From the NCBI GenBank assembly GCA_965287045.1, contig OZ336881.1:22444001-22508000 (forward strand): a stretch of DNA of 64,000 nucleotides, written 5' to 3'. This stretch comes from Carcharhinus amblyrhynchos. Its lineage: Eukaryota. Under the pieces are notes generated by a model. The model was not told the DNA's origin, made no database searches, and was given only the letters and a program-made list of their open reading frames with translations. Numbering within the stretch: position 1 is the first letter of the stretch; each line of letters starts with the position of its first letter. Positions 12,161 through 24,849 of this stretch are shown one piece after another. A program made the position numbers and the translations under genes.

Positions 12161-14338
12161 GATAGGGTGGGCTGGGGGGGCAAGGGAGAGAGACTAACAG
12201 ACCTGGAAACTTCAGTCTCGGGGCCACTAATAAGATGTAAATCTTCATTTAAATAATTTATTCAGCTCAGTGCCAATTTCTGGTGTAGAGCTGACAGTGC
12301 CAGAAATCTGGCAGATGCAACTCATGGAGGCCATGGCACCCAGCCCACTCGAGTCTCCCAGCGCAACAGGCAGGGAGAATCTCCCCTTCATCTCTCATTA
12401 TTTCAGTAATTGAATCCTTAACCAAAAATGCAATGCCACCTCTTCTTTTACCCTTTCCCCTGTCTTGCCTGAAGATTCTATATCACAAATGTTGAACCTT
12501 GTATCCAAATAGAATCACAAAGTAGCTATCTTTGAGTCAACTCCCTTTAGCTTAGAAATAAATGGATAATTTACAGCCCAATTCATTAGTACCCAATGTC
12601 TACAACACTTTTCTGGGACTTTGGGAGATCCATCATCTACTCTTGGTGAACTCATTGTTGCCATTGGCTCCAATTGTATCATACGTCATCTTCTCTGCAG
12701 AACAATCCAAGCCTTACTTTGACCTCTGACAATCAAACCACCCAGGCTTACCATCGGCTAGATTTCAGGAGAGGCAGAAAAGCTGGGAAAAGGCAGAAAA
12801 GATTTCATAACCCCTTTCATCTACCCTAAATTTAAAGCTACAGTCCCAAAACATATTAATCTTACAAAGCTCATAATTGTAACAATTTTCAGACCAATGG
12901 AAATCACATACATACATTTATAAAGCAAACTTTGTTATGTTAACAGTGCTTGTCATCACTGAAATTGTGGCCTTTGTGTTCCATCCTCTCTTCCATCATA
13001 CTCTGACTCCCACAGAAGGGCTTCAGTTGCAGCCCACAGACTGCATTAGATCAATTAGCTGTTTGTAAACTAAAATGCTGGTTTTGCACAACTGGTAAAA
13101 TGAAGCACAAAAAATAAATTACAACCGCAAGGAAAGGAGGCCCAAAGATTGCCAGGCAGAAATGGAGGTATCTTCCATTATCCCTTTGAGAAAGTTTAGG
13201 ATAAGCCTTCAGGGATGAGGAAAGGAGACATCATCATACAAGCTATGAGCAATTAGAAAAAGAGTGTCAAATATAAAAAGAGTAATAAGAAAGGTGAGTT
13301 GTAAAGGGGGAAATGTGGGATAAGTCTACGATCAGCACAGATGAGGGAAATGTAAATAGTAAGGGTGACATCAGTAGATAGCGTGATGATGATAGTGCAG
13401 GAAGGCGGTAGAGAGGGAAGCAAGGAAGATGAGAAAAGGTAACTTCATAAATTGGTTCTACAAAACAGGTTCCTCAATGTTAAATTATAACAGTAAACAT
13501 GCTTCCATAGCTATTGTTCAGTTAAGTGTAACAAACACTGCAGCACGATGGTAAACCTAGAACAGTTTCAGCACATGCTCTGCTCAAACAACTGCTTCCT
13601 AGTTAATTTAAAATGAAAAATTTGGAAGGAAATAAAGTCAAAAATAAAAATAAAACCAAAAACTTTACTTGAAGTTACCTTTTAAAGTTGGAAAATTTTG
13701 GGGAAAACAGGATTATAAATAAAGCTCAGCTCTGAAGTTGGGGAAATGGGAGATAATTTTAATAGAATCATCATACTGCTCCAACTAACATAAAGTGAAA
13801 GTGATACAACTTTTCATTTACTTGCAGCCAAGAGAATGGGAAATGCAGCAGGAGTGCAGATGCCCACATACCAAATATATTTATCTTTTTCCACACATCT
13901 CGGGCGGGCGGGGGGCATCTGTACATTCTTCAGCAAATTATTTATTTACTTTAAATGAAATGCTAACATCCCATTCTATTTACTCGAATGCAGTGTCAAG
14001 GATTAATAGAAAGGATAAAAGTGGAGAAGAGCAAATTCAGAGGCCTTAAGTGTGCCAATTTCTTTTCATCCCTTCTGTATCAATAAAGTCTTTCCCTTTA
14101 CAGAAACAAACCAAAACTTTTAATGGGGAAATAAGGGACATCACTTACGAGAGGAGATTTAATAGAGATTTTCAAAAATTGAGAGATCTTGATTCACTAA
14201 ATAAAGAGCATTATTTCTGCTGGCAAGAGAATCAGCAGCTAGGGAACACAGATTTAAGGTAATCCTCCCATCTTTTAACAGGAGAAAGTTATCATTCATT
14301 CAGAACTGGATATGAGACATGCAAACCAACACCATAGG

Positions 14339-14513
14339 TCAAGAATTGATGTAGAGCTGGATGCCTTCTGTGTGCATGTAGAAGCTGATCCCACGTCTGT
14401 GGCCGCAGCCATAAAACAGCAGCATGTAGATGAGAAATATCAGGAAGCAAAGGTTTCTTGGGAATTCCAGAAATAACAGTACGGGAGCTGGAGAGGCCAT
14501 TATTGGTGATACC
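14339..14513 (-). other. candidate exon (frame and strand uncertain)
   Basis: gttgtaaatag acceptor; two minus-strand frames and one plus-strand frame are open; non-repetitive. Confidence 0.25.
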
Positions 14514-15170
14514 CTATTTACAACCAGATACGTAAAATCACTTTACTCATGATAATAACTAGGACATTCTTTTCCTGCTTACTTTGAGAAATTATGATTA
14601 GATCACTTAATAGAAAATAAAAAGGTTTAACCACTATAAATCATCATTAACTTTGTTAAGGATATGACTCCTATTTATTTAGGTACAACAGAGAACTGGT
14701 AACAAAATGCTCTTTGCACACCATGGTATGGCTCGCAAACTACAAATACAAACAATATTTAGGTGCTCTTTAACTAAGGATTTGCATGCAAAGACACGCA
14801 CAAGAATTTTCCTCCAATAATTTTATACCCAGAAGTAAATACTATTACCATACTTCATACAAATTTTTTTTGTAGATCTCCACATCAACTGTAAGTAAAC
14901 AGAAATAATACACAAGTTATGACAAATATCACATGTACCATATTGCAAGCCTTCATTCAGGTTTCAAGTGTCACTTTAATTTACTCTATATATCATGTCA
15001 GAACACACCCTTTGAAACAGGACTTCAAGTCAGAAAACATTAACTAAGTGAAAATAAAGTATTATTTATGGTTTAAAAAATACATCTCCACTGACAGTTG
15101 ATTTATACAGGAAATAAAAGATAATAGGTTGAAAGCAATTCTGTTCGAAGCTTGCTCAGTGAAAACCTAC

Positions 15171-15259
15171 CTCCATGAAGTATAGATAATGCATCTACTG
15201 TACCCATCTGCTGCATACACTGCCTTGAAGAGCCCAAGAAATAACATGTCTGAAGCTGA
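15171..15259 (-). other. candidate 89-nt exon
   Basis: ccaattccag acceptor and GAG|gtaggt donor; two open frames. Confidence 0.3.
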
Positions 15260-16084
15260 CTGGAATTGGAATTTCCAAGATAGAAAAACTGAAGTATTCA
15301 ACTTTCTCTGAATTCCTAATTAAAATTGTTGATGCCATCATTTTTTCCAGATAAGACAACAGTTTCAAACACATTAAGGAAACAAAAATCAATAGTTTTT
15401 AAACCTCAAAGAATGAGATCAAGCTTCACACCAAAACTAATCATTTAAACAATGAAACTGAGATTGAGAAGGTAGGTATAAATTCATTGCAAAGTCAACA
15501 TTTCAAAATTCACTGCACTAAACTGCTGCAGGCTAAATATTCATCACATCACATTCAGTATACCATTTGTTGAATTTACAAGACAGAGTACAATGGTTCT
15601 GGAGATAGCACAAAATATTCAAAACAAACCTCACCAGCCTTTAATCCATCCATTATCAAAAATGCTCATTATGCTATTATGTTGGAATGAAGATATGAAA
15701 CAGATTAAAGCTCAAAGGTCAGAGCAGAACCCCATTTTGGATATGGCATCAGTATGGTGCCTTTTTTCCACAGCTAACTGAAATAACAACACTGCCACTA
15801 TTGTTCTCATTGAAAGAGGGGGAGTGATGGTAGTGCCGGTGGGTGGCATGGAATCACATAACTGAAAAGTCAAATATGTAAAGGAAAATAAATGACTGTT
15901 GGGAGGAGTTTACAGGTGTTCCTAACACTTGGGCAAATAATAAATCAAGGCAAATAATAAATCAAGAAATAACGTGGGTGACTTCAATCTTCATATAGAT
16001 TGGACAAATCAAATTGGCAAAAGTAGTTTTGAAGATAAGTTCGCGAAGCACATTCAGGACAGTTCCTTCAAACATAGCCAAAGT

Positions 16085-16389
16085 AAGAGGGCACAGCCTC
16101 AAGATAAGGGGGGGGGGGGCAGTTTAGAACGGAGTTGAGGAGGAACTTCTTCACTGAAAGGGTGGTGAATCTGTGGAATTCTCTGCCCATTGAAGTGGTG
16201 GAGGCTACCTCGCTAAATATATTTAAGACACGGGTAGATAGGTTTTTGGTAGGCAAGGGAATTAAGGGTTATGGGGAGAAAGCAGGAAAGTGGAACTGCA
16301 CCACTTCAGATCAGCCATGATCTTATTGAATGGCGGGGCAGGCTCGAAGGGCTAGACAGCCTACTCCTGCTCCTATTTCTTATGTTCTT
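16085..16389 (+). mobile_element. young CR1 3' end inserted in an older CR1 (15960-17250)
   Basis: Closely matches 48420-48730; encodes RRNFFTERVVNLWNSLP. Confidence 0.9.
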
Positions 16390-17609
16390 AAATAATGATC
16401 CCCTTAGAGGATGAGGCTGGGGAATTAATAATGAGAAACAAAGAAATGGCAGAGACTTCGGACAATTATCTTGTGTCTGTCTCCACGTCAGAAGAAACTG
16501 CAAGAACAGTAGAAAATCAAGGTACAAAAGAGAAGAACTTAAAACGATCACTAGAGAAAATCTACTAGGAAAAGTAATGGGACTTTTAGGACAAATGTAG
16601 CTATGAGAGAAGATTGGATAGGTTGAGATTGTTTACACTGCAGCAAAGAAAGCTGCGGGTGACTTGATAGAGGTGTACAAAATTATGAGGGAAAGAGATA
16701 GAGTAGACAGGATAAAGTTTTTTCCATTGGAAGAGAATTCAAGAACCAGGGGATATAGATCCAAGTCAAGTGGCAGGAGAGGTGGAGGGGACGAGGAAAA
16801 ACTTACTTTACTCAAAAGGTAGTGGGTGTCTGGAATTAACTGTCTGAGTTGGTGGTGGAGGTAAAAACCCAAAACTCTTAAAAGTACCTGGATCTATATC
16901 ATAAGCCACAGGGCCATAGGCTGAGTGCAGGAACACGGGATTAGAAAGGATGCCTGGATGTCCTCAGGCTTCTGTGCCGTAACTTTTTATGGTTCTATGA
17001 AAGGCTGATAAGTCACCTGCAGTTGCTGGTCTGCATTTGAGGGCCTTAAAGGAGATGTCCATAGAGATAGTGGATGCATTGGCTTTAACTTGAAAACTTC
17101 TCCAGGCTCTGGAAAAATGCCACAGATTGGAAGACCACAAATGTAATGCTTAACTTCAAGAAATGAGGGAGACAGAAAGCAAGTAACAAAAGGTCAGTTT
17201 GCCTAAATGCTGGAATCCATTATTAAGAAGTATCAGCGGGACATTTAGAAGGGGAGGCTATGCATGGGGGGCTGTGCAGTCTAAAATCGAGGATCGCCAG
17301 GGTGCTTATCAACTGGACAGTGGGGGAGGAGAGAAAATAAACTGGGGCAGCGATCAACTGAGGAGGGGGTGCAGAGTGTCAGATTCCTAGTGCACTGGGA
17401 GATCACGTGCATGTGCAATGGTGCCCTCTCACAGATAGCTTCCTGGCATGACTCAGTCCACTCCCCCTTCTGGCAAGAATCACATTTGGCCTCATTTGTT
17501 TCCCTAAGTGGCAAAAGACAGCATCTGAAAGCTCACCCAAAAAGTGGGCACAATTGTCTCCCTTTTTCACACTTGTTCAGCACTTAGAATATTTTAGGTA
17601 AATAGTCCT

Positions 17610-20330
17610 GGGTACAAGGTGTTCAGAAAAGACAGGAAAGGAAGGAAAGAGGTAGGAGTGGCAGTGTTGGTTATGGAAAGCATAGCAGTTCTGGAGAAAG
17701 ATGATGTCCCAGAGGTTTCAGGGATAGAATTAATTTGACTAAAGCGGAAGAAAAAGTGTGCAATTAAATTTGTTGGTCTATTCTATAGACCGCCAACTAG
17801 TGATAAAGATGTAGAAGAACAAATTTGCAGGGAAATTACAAAAAGAAGCAAACATTACAGAGCAGTTATATTTAATCCCCAAACGTAGACTGGGACAGTG
17901 GTAGTGTCAACAGCTGAGAAGAAAAAACATTCCTACATTGCACCATGAAAAATTTCTACAGCAGAATGATGGGGTGATGGCCACTCCACAAGAAGGATGC
18001 ACTGCTGGACATGGTTCCTGGAAATGAAGTGGACCAAGTAGATCAAGCATCAATGAGGAGGTTTCAGATGGCAGAAAGAAAAATAGGAATCCAGAGTAAA
18101 AATAGTTAACTGGAGGTGAGTCAACTTCAATGGAATGCGAACAAAGCTGAGTCAGTTAGACTGGGACGAAAGATTGTACAGGAAAATTTGTAGCTGAACA
18201 ATGGGCTACCTTCAAAACAGAAATAGTCAAAACATATCCTGATAAAAAGAGTAAGTAGTGCAAACAAATCCAGAGCACTAAGGATGAAAAGGGAATTAGA
18301 AATTAAGACAAGGAAGAAAAAGTTTGCTTAAAACAGGTGTCAGGTAGAAAATACAGTTGAGAACGAAGAGGAATATAGAAGATTCTGAGGGGAGGTCAAA
18401 AAGTACTTTCGAGAAGCAAAGAAGGATTATGAGAAAGAATTGGTCACCAATGTAAAAGGGAATCACTAAGTCTTCCTTAGACATATAAATAGTAAAAGGA
18501 ATAGAGCTGATTAGGAACCTAAAACGGGATTTATACATGCAGGCAGAGGATATGGTTAATGTACTGAATGAATACTTTACAGCTGTCTTTATCAGAATAT
18601 GGTGATAGCACAGTGGCACAGTGATCAGCACTACTGCCTCACAGCACCAGGGACCTGCGTTCAATTCCAGCCTCTGGTCACTGTGTGGAGTTTGCACGTT
18701 TTCCTCATGTTTGTGTGGGTTTCCTCTGGGTGCTCCAGTTTCCTCCCACACTCCAAAGATGTGTGGGTTGAGTTGACTCGCCATGCTAATTTGCCCCTTA
18801 GTGTCAGAGGAACTAGCAGGGTAAGTACATGGGATTAAGGGGATAAGGCTTGAGTGGGATTGCCATTGGTGCAGACTTGATGGGTTAAATGGCCTCCTTC
18901 TGCACTGTAGAGGTTCTATGAAATTCTGTCCCTAGGAAGGTTAAAGATTGATCAGGAGGAAGTAGTGAATAGATTGTCAATATTTAAAGTTGACAAGGCA
19001 CCAGGACTAGATGAGATGCATCTAAGGATATTTGAAGGAAGTGAGAACAAAAATTGTAGGGGTGATGCCCATAATTTTCCAGTCCTCTCTAGACTCAGGG
19101 GAGGTGTCAGAGGACTGAAGAATTGCAGATGTTACACCATCATTCAAAACAGGTTATAAGGATAGCCCCTGCAATTACAGGCCAGTCAGTTCATCATCAT
19201 TAGTGGGCATGCTTCTAGCAACAATTATTCAGAATAGAATTAGTAGCTGCATGGAAACACAAGAGTTGATTAGCAAGAGCCAACATGGATTTCTAACAAA
19301 GAAATCATGTTTAACTAACTTGTTGGAATTCTTTGAGGAGGTAACAGAAAGGGTCGATAACAGTATTGCTGTTGATACGGTGTACTTGGACTTTCAGGAG
19401 GCATTCGATACAGTGCCATACAACACTCTTGAGAAAAGTTTTAGCTCATAGAATAAAAGGGTCAGTGGCAATGTGGATACAAAATTGGCTGAATAATAGG
19501 AAGGAGAGAGTAATGGTCATTGGCTATATTTTAGGCTAGAGGAGGATTTGTAGTGGCTCGAGGGTTGGTATTGGGGCCCTTATCCTTCCTGATATATAAT
19601 CATCTAGATCTTGGTCTGAGAGGTCAATTTCAACATTTGCAGATGATACAAAACTTGGAATCATTATAAACTGTTAATAAAACAGTGTAGAAGTTCAAAA
19701 GGACAGACAAGAATATAGAATTCTGAGGTTTATTAATAGCGGCATAAAGTACAACAGCAAGGGAGTTATGCTGAACTTATACAAGACACTAGTTAGGCTT
19801 CAGCTGGAATAATGTGTAAAGTTCTGGGCACCATACCATAAAAAGGATTTGAACGCATTAGGGAGATTGCAAAATAAGTTTACAAGAATGGTTCTGGGGA
19901 TGAGAAACTTGAATTATGAGGATAGATTTGAGAGGTTGGGACAGTTCCCTTTGGAGAGAAGGCAGCCTCGAAGAGATTTGGGATTTGGTACAAATGCTCA
20001 TCATGATGGCTCTGGACAGAGCACATAGGGAGAAATTGCTCCCCCTCGGAAAAGGATCAAGAATAAGAGGACACAGCTTTAAGGTAATTTTGCAAAAGAA
20101 GGAAGTATAATGTGAGAATTTTTTTCCCCCACACAGCTAGTGGTTTGGTTCTGGAGTGCACTGCCTGGAAATATGGTGGAGCAGGTTCAACAAAGGCATT
20201 CAGGTCATCATTAGATGATCACTTGAGGGGAAACAATATGCAGGGGAACGACGTGGAATCATAATACTTGTCTGGAAAGCTAGTGCAGACATGGCTGAGC
20301 CAAATGGCCTCCTTCTGTGCCATCATTATT
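17610..20330 (+). mobile_element. degraded CR1 LINE ORF2 (endonuclease to tail)
   Basis: YRPP endonuclease remnant, KVDKAPGLDEMH, QHGFLTKKSCLTNLLEFFEEVT, YLDFQEAFD and FADDTK (tttgcagatgatacaaaa). Confidence 0.9.
18600..18920 (+). mobile_element. HE1 SINE nested in CR1
   Basis: tRNA-like head (gcacagtggcacagtgatcagcactactgcctcacagcaccaggga) plus HE1 body and tail. Confidence 0.85.
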
Positions 20331-20989
20331 TTGAGTCACACAATCTATATTAATGATTTTGATGAAGGGATTGGTAGTATTGTAGACAAATTTGCTGGCA
20401 ATACAAAATTAGTTGGGAAAGCAAGCTGTGGGGAAGGCACAGTGGTCTGGATCTTTATTCTATAAGCAGATAGTGGGAATTGGGAAAGTTCAGGCTTGGA
20501 ACCCCCATCTCAGGAGAAAGATTCTGTAAAAGCAGAATCTTCATTACCAAGGTGACTGCAGGCTGGAGTTGGGCCAGCTGACCCTAGGAGCTGCTGCTAA
20601 GTGCAGGGATAGCTGTTTAAGAAGCATGCCTGGATACAGAGGGTATTTGTCCCCGTTTTAAAAAAGCACAGGCCGTCCAGTCGTTACTCTTCAAACACTC
20701 ACCATGCTCCTACCCATGTCCTATTGCCCCTCATCCTCCCTATGCAAAGCTAAGGCACCTTCAAGCTCTCTGTAGTAAGTCAGATGTGGGGTTTGCCAGT
20801 TCAGATCAGGTTGGGGGTGGTTGTGGGTTATGTTAAGTCAAACAGGAGATGGGGTCATATCAGGGGCAAATGTGGGAGAGTCCCATGGCAGGGGTGATAA
20901 GGGTTACGGAGGTTGTCTTGTGGGGACTGGTCTGCAGCTTACTGAAGTTATGCCTTCATTACTTCTCTTTCAGAGTAACGAATTTGTTT

Positions 20990-23790
20990 TTTTATTCATT
21001 TAAGGGATATGAGTGTCACTGGCTGGCCAGCATCTATTGCCCATTCCTAGTTGCCCTTGAGAAGATGTGGTGAACTGCCATTTTGAAATGCCACAGCCCG
21101 CATGCTGCAGGTTGACCCACAACGTCAGTGGGGGCAGAATTCCAGAAGTTTGATGCAGCAACTGCGAAAGAGAGATGATATATTTCCAAGTCAGGATGGT
21201 GAGCAGCTTCGAGGGAACTTGCAGGCAGTGGTGTTCCCATATATCTGCTGCCCTGGTCCTTCTAGACTTATTTGGAAGGTACTGTCTTAGAATCTTTGGT
21301 GAACTGCTGTAGTGCATCTTGTAGATAGTAGCAGCAGTGTGGGCTGAGCTTCAATGGTGGAGAGACAGTGATGTTTGTAGATGTGGAATGCTTTATCCTG
21401 CATGGTGTCAAGCTTCTTGAGTTTTGTTGGCGCTGCATCCATGCAAGCAAATAGGGAGCATTTCATTACACTCCTGCCTTGTAGATAGCGGATGGGCTTT
21501 GGGAAATCAGGAGGTGAATTTCTAGCCACAGTATTCCAACTTTCTAACAGTTAGTAACAGGGCCACCCGAAGTTATTGATTTCAATCGCTTTGCAGTTGG
21601 TTCCCAGTGCAGCACAATTGTCCAAAGTTGACACTTCTGGTCAATTGCCAGGTAAACCCTTACTTGGAAATTTCTTAGAATGATTCCCCAGCATATCTTT
21701 GGGCACCCCCAAATCCGATGCTGGGGAGCCAGGAGGTTACTATTAAATAGACTGTAAAAGGCTGAAACCCGAACACTGAACCTTGCAGCACTATGAGTTA
21801 CAGCTTGCCAATTTGAAAAAGGCTCATTTATCTCTACTGTTTGCTTATTGTCCATTAAGCAATCCTCTTTACTAGCTAATAGTTTATCCCAATTTCATAA
21901 GCCCTTACATATTAACATTTGGTATTACACCTCATCAAATACCTTTTGGAAATTCAAATATATCATATTTTGCATCCCCTTTATCTACTCTACTGGTTAT
22001 ATTCTCAAACAACGCCAACAATTTTGTCAAACAGAATTTATCCTTCATAAAACCGTGTTGACTTTCCCTAATCATACAATGATTTTTGAAATGTATTAAA
22101 GAATTCCTTAACAGGACAGCACTTCCTTGAAGAATGATTTCAGGAGAACGACAAGAGCAGCAGATACCTAGGAGCACCACCAACTGGAGGTTCACCATCT
22201 CGAATTGGACGTCTTTTGCCATTCCTTCATTGTTGCTGGGTCAAAATTCTAGAACACCCTCTATGTATGGTACACTGTCGGTGTACCTATATGCACTTCA
22301 GGGACTAGAGGTTCAAGAAGGCAGCTCACCACCACCTTCTCAAGGGCAACTAGGGATGGGCAATAAGTGCTGGCCTAGCCAGCAATATCTAATTCCTGTT
22401 AATGAATAAAGTCATTAGCTGGTAGTTTTCTCCCTTCTTCCTTGAATAGTGGCGTTACATTTGCTAACTTTCAACTGTTTGCACAACTCTAGAGTCTAAG
22501 AACTTCTGAGAAATTGTACCTGCAGCTATTTCTTTTAGAATCCCAGGCATCCTGGGGATTTAAGATTTTAGCTCTTTTAGCTTCTCCATTTTTTTTCTCC
22601 ACTGATATTAATTACTTAAGAGTGAAGAAATTATCAGATCCTACCTAGGTTACCCTCTATTTCTGCCAATTAACTTACGTTTTTTACTCTGAAGACAGAC
22701 TCAAAATATTTGTTAAATGTCTCTACCATTTCCTCATTTTCATGCCCCTTCATGCCCCTATGCCAAGTTATGCCCCTCCATCCACTTCACCTATAGCTCC
22801 TCATGACCCCAATGTGAGCAGTGCTCCACACCCACCTCAATGCCTTCTATGCCAAGCTGCGGCACTTATATGCCAACTGAGCCATTGTGAATAAGCAATA
22901 ATAATGTCAATTATCCAGGCCTTTTGGAGTTTCATTTGCAGGTAAAGCAAGCACTTGAAACCCACTGAAATCTCTTTTCCATATGTAAATAAACAGTGAA
23001 ATTGACAGCAGAGATCAGAGAGTCAGTACTGTCAATCAAGGGTTTAGATGATTGACACTTTATTGCTCTAGAGTAAAAGCATTTTTAATAATATAATGAA
23101 AAGTTATGAATGAATGACTTCTTTCTGAAGCTTTTTTTTGTTTACACATCTTATTATCACTCTAGGATTCATTGGATCAATACAGCGTAGAATGGCTCAA
23201 TGGGCATGAAAATGACAGCTTGGCATAAGAGGCCTTGGGGGATGTTGGAGGGCCATATCCTGGCATGGGGGAATAAGGGGCCATAGGTGTTGTTTGGAGA
23301 GTACAGTCTGGCTCTTTTAATACAGTATTATCCTTAATCCCCTTAGAAAACCACTGCTCGATCCTTCTCGGTGAATTTTTGATTTTCAATTGAATGTATT
23401 TTTGAATATATTGAATTGTTTCTTTAAAAGTTTTCCACTGTTGACTTATCACCACTACCTTTTCATCTATTTACCCAATCAACCTCAGCCAGATCTCTCC
23501 TTACATATATAGCTTTGTTTAAAGTTTAAGATTCTTGTTTCTGATTGGAGTACGTCACTTTCATTGTATTATAAAATTCAGTTGCATTATCAATTTATAT
23601 AGATTCAACTGTATTGTGGCTGAGCCACAATACAGTTTTAGATAGATTTAGATAGATTTTTAATCAACCAAGGAGTCAAGGGCTATGGGGTAACATTCAA
23701 ATTGACGCCACATTCAAATCAGCCACAAACTTATTGAAAGTTGTAGCAGGTTTGAGGGGCAGAATGGCCAACTCCTGCTCCTATTTCTTT
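20990..23790. mobile_element. cluster of old CR1-clade LINE fragments, mostly minus strand
   Basis: ESQHGFMKDKFCLTKLLALFE, AWMxAAPTxLKKLDTxQDKA-type fragments and LINE tails. Confidence 0.65.
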
Positions 23791-24849
23791 TTTCTCATCT
23801 AAACCATTTGAAAACTCAATGACAACTAAATTAAGACTACCTTCACCATTCTCTTGAACTCATCACATTCCTGAACTTGAGCCCTATAGATCGTGGAGGG
23901 GCAAAGATCTGAAGATGAGCATTTAATAACAGTATCATACCTTTGTCCTGCTCTTTAAGCTAACATTAATGCTTGTCCAGTTAATGCTGAGGATATTATG
24001 ACTGAAGGTCAAAAAGATGGCTGGGTTTTTGCTTTTTTTCTACAGAGCCAGGTCCATTTGTTTAAACGCAATCACATTAGAGCTTCGACAAAATTCTCTA
24101 TTTACAGCACAAGTGCACAGGACCAGTCAACGGAATGTATTATAAAGTTATTAACGAACAGCAAGATCTGGCTTGAAGGGTGAAAGTGAGTAAACCAGTA
24201 AATCTGACACAAAGCAATAAATTCAAAAGCAACACTGATGGTCTTCAGAAATTCTGGACTTCGAAATTACAGGGGTAGAGTACATGCACGATCCTGCAAT
24301 TGGGAAGGCAACCAAATAGTACTTTGTGAGCTGAAATAATGAGAAGCAAGAAATCCTCCACAAAAATGTTCCCAATACAAAACATGACAATAAGTTGAAA
24401 TGATTTTGGCACTCTTACCATTTATTCTCCTATCCACCAACACACTCTTTAACACTCCTTAAAGAGATACAACTTGCACTTGTCAGAACACAAAACACAA
24501 CATTTTAAAGACAAATATACATTTTGCTAATGTTTTCCTTTCAAAATTAACTCTCATGCTTACTGGTACAACTTGCTACTTTAACCTCACTACCAATAGG
24601 TGGTGCCATAGATTATAACTATCCTTTCACCAATAGAATTTGGCTTACAATCAAAACAGGGCAAAAGCTTTCCTCCCTCTTCCATTCTCTACTGGCATTA
24701 AGAATCTTCAGTGGAATTAAAATAAGCAGCACAACAAGAAAACCACCCCAAAAATATGATTTTGCTTAAATGGATTGGTGGAAAAAAATTTGAAGGGCTA
24801 AATATTGAAATTAAATAAGTCTCTTGCATTAGACGTCCTTTTATTGTCT

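Noticed and set aside
15932-15966. 17-bp tandem duplication ggcaaataataaatcaa
   Set aside because: Ordinary slippage at the edge of a CR1 fragment.
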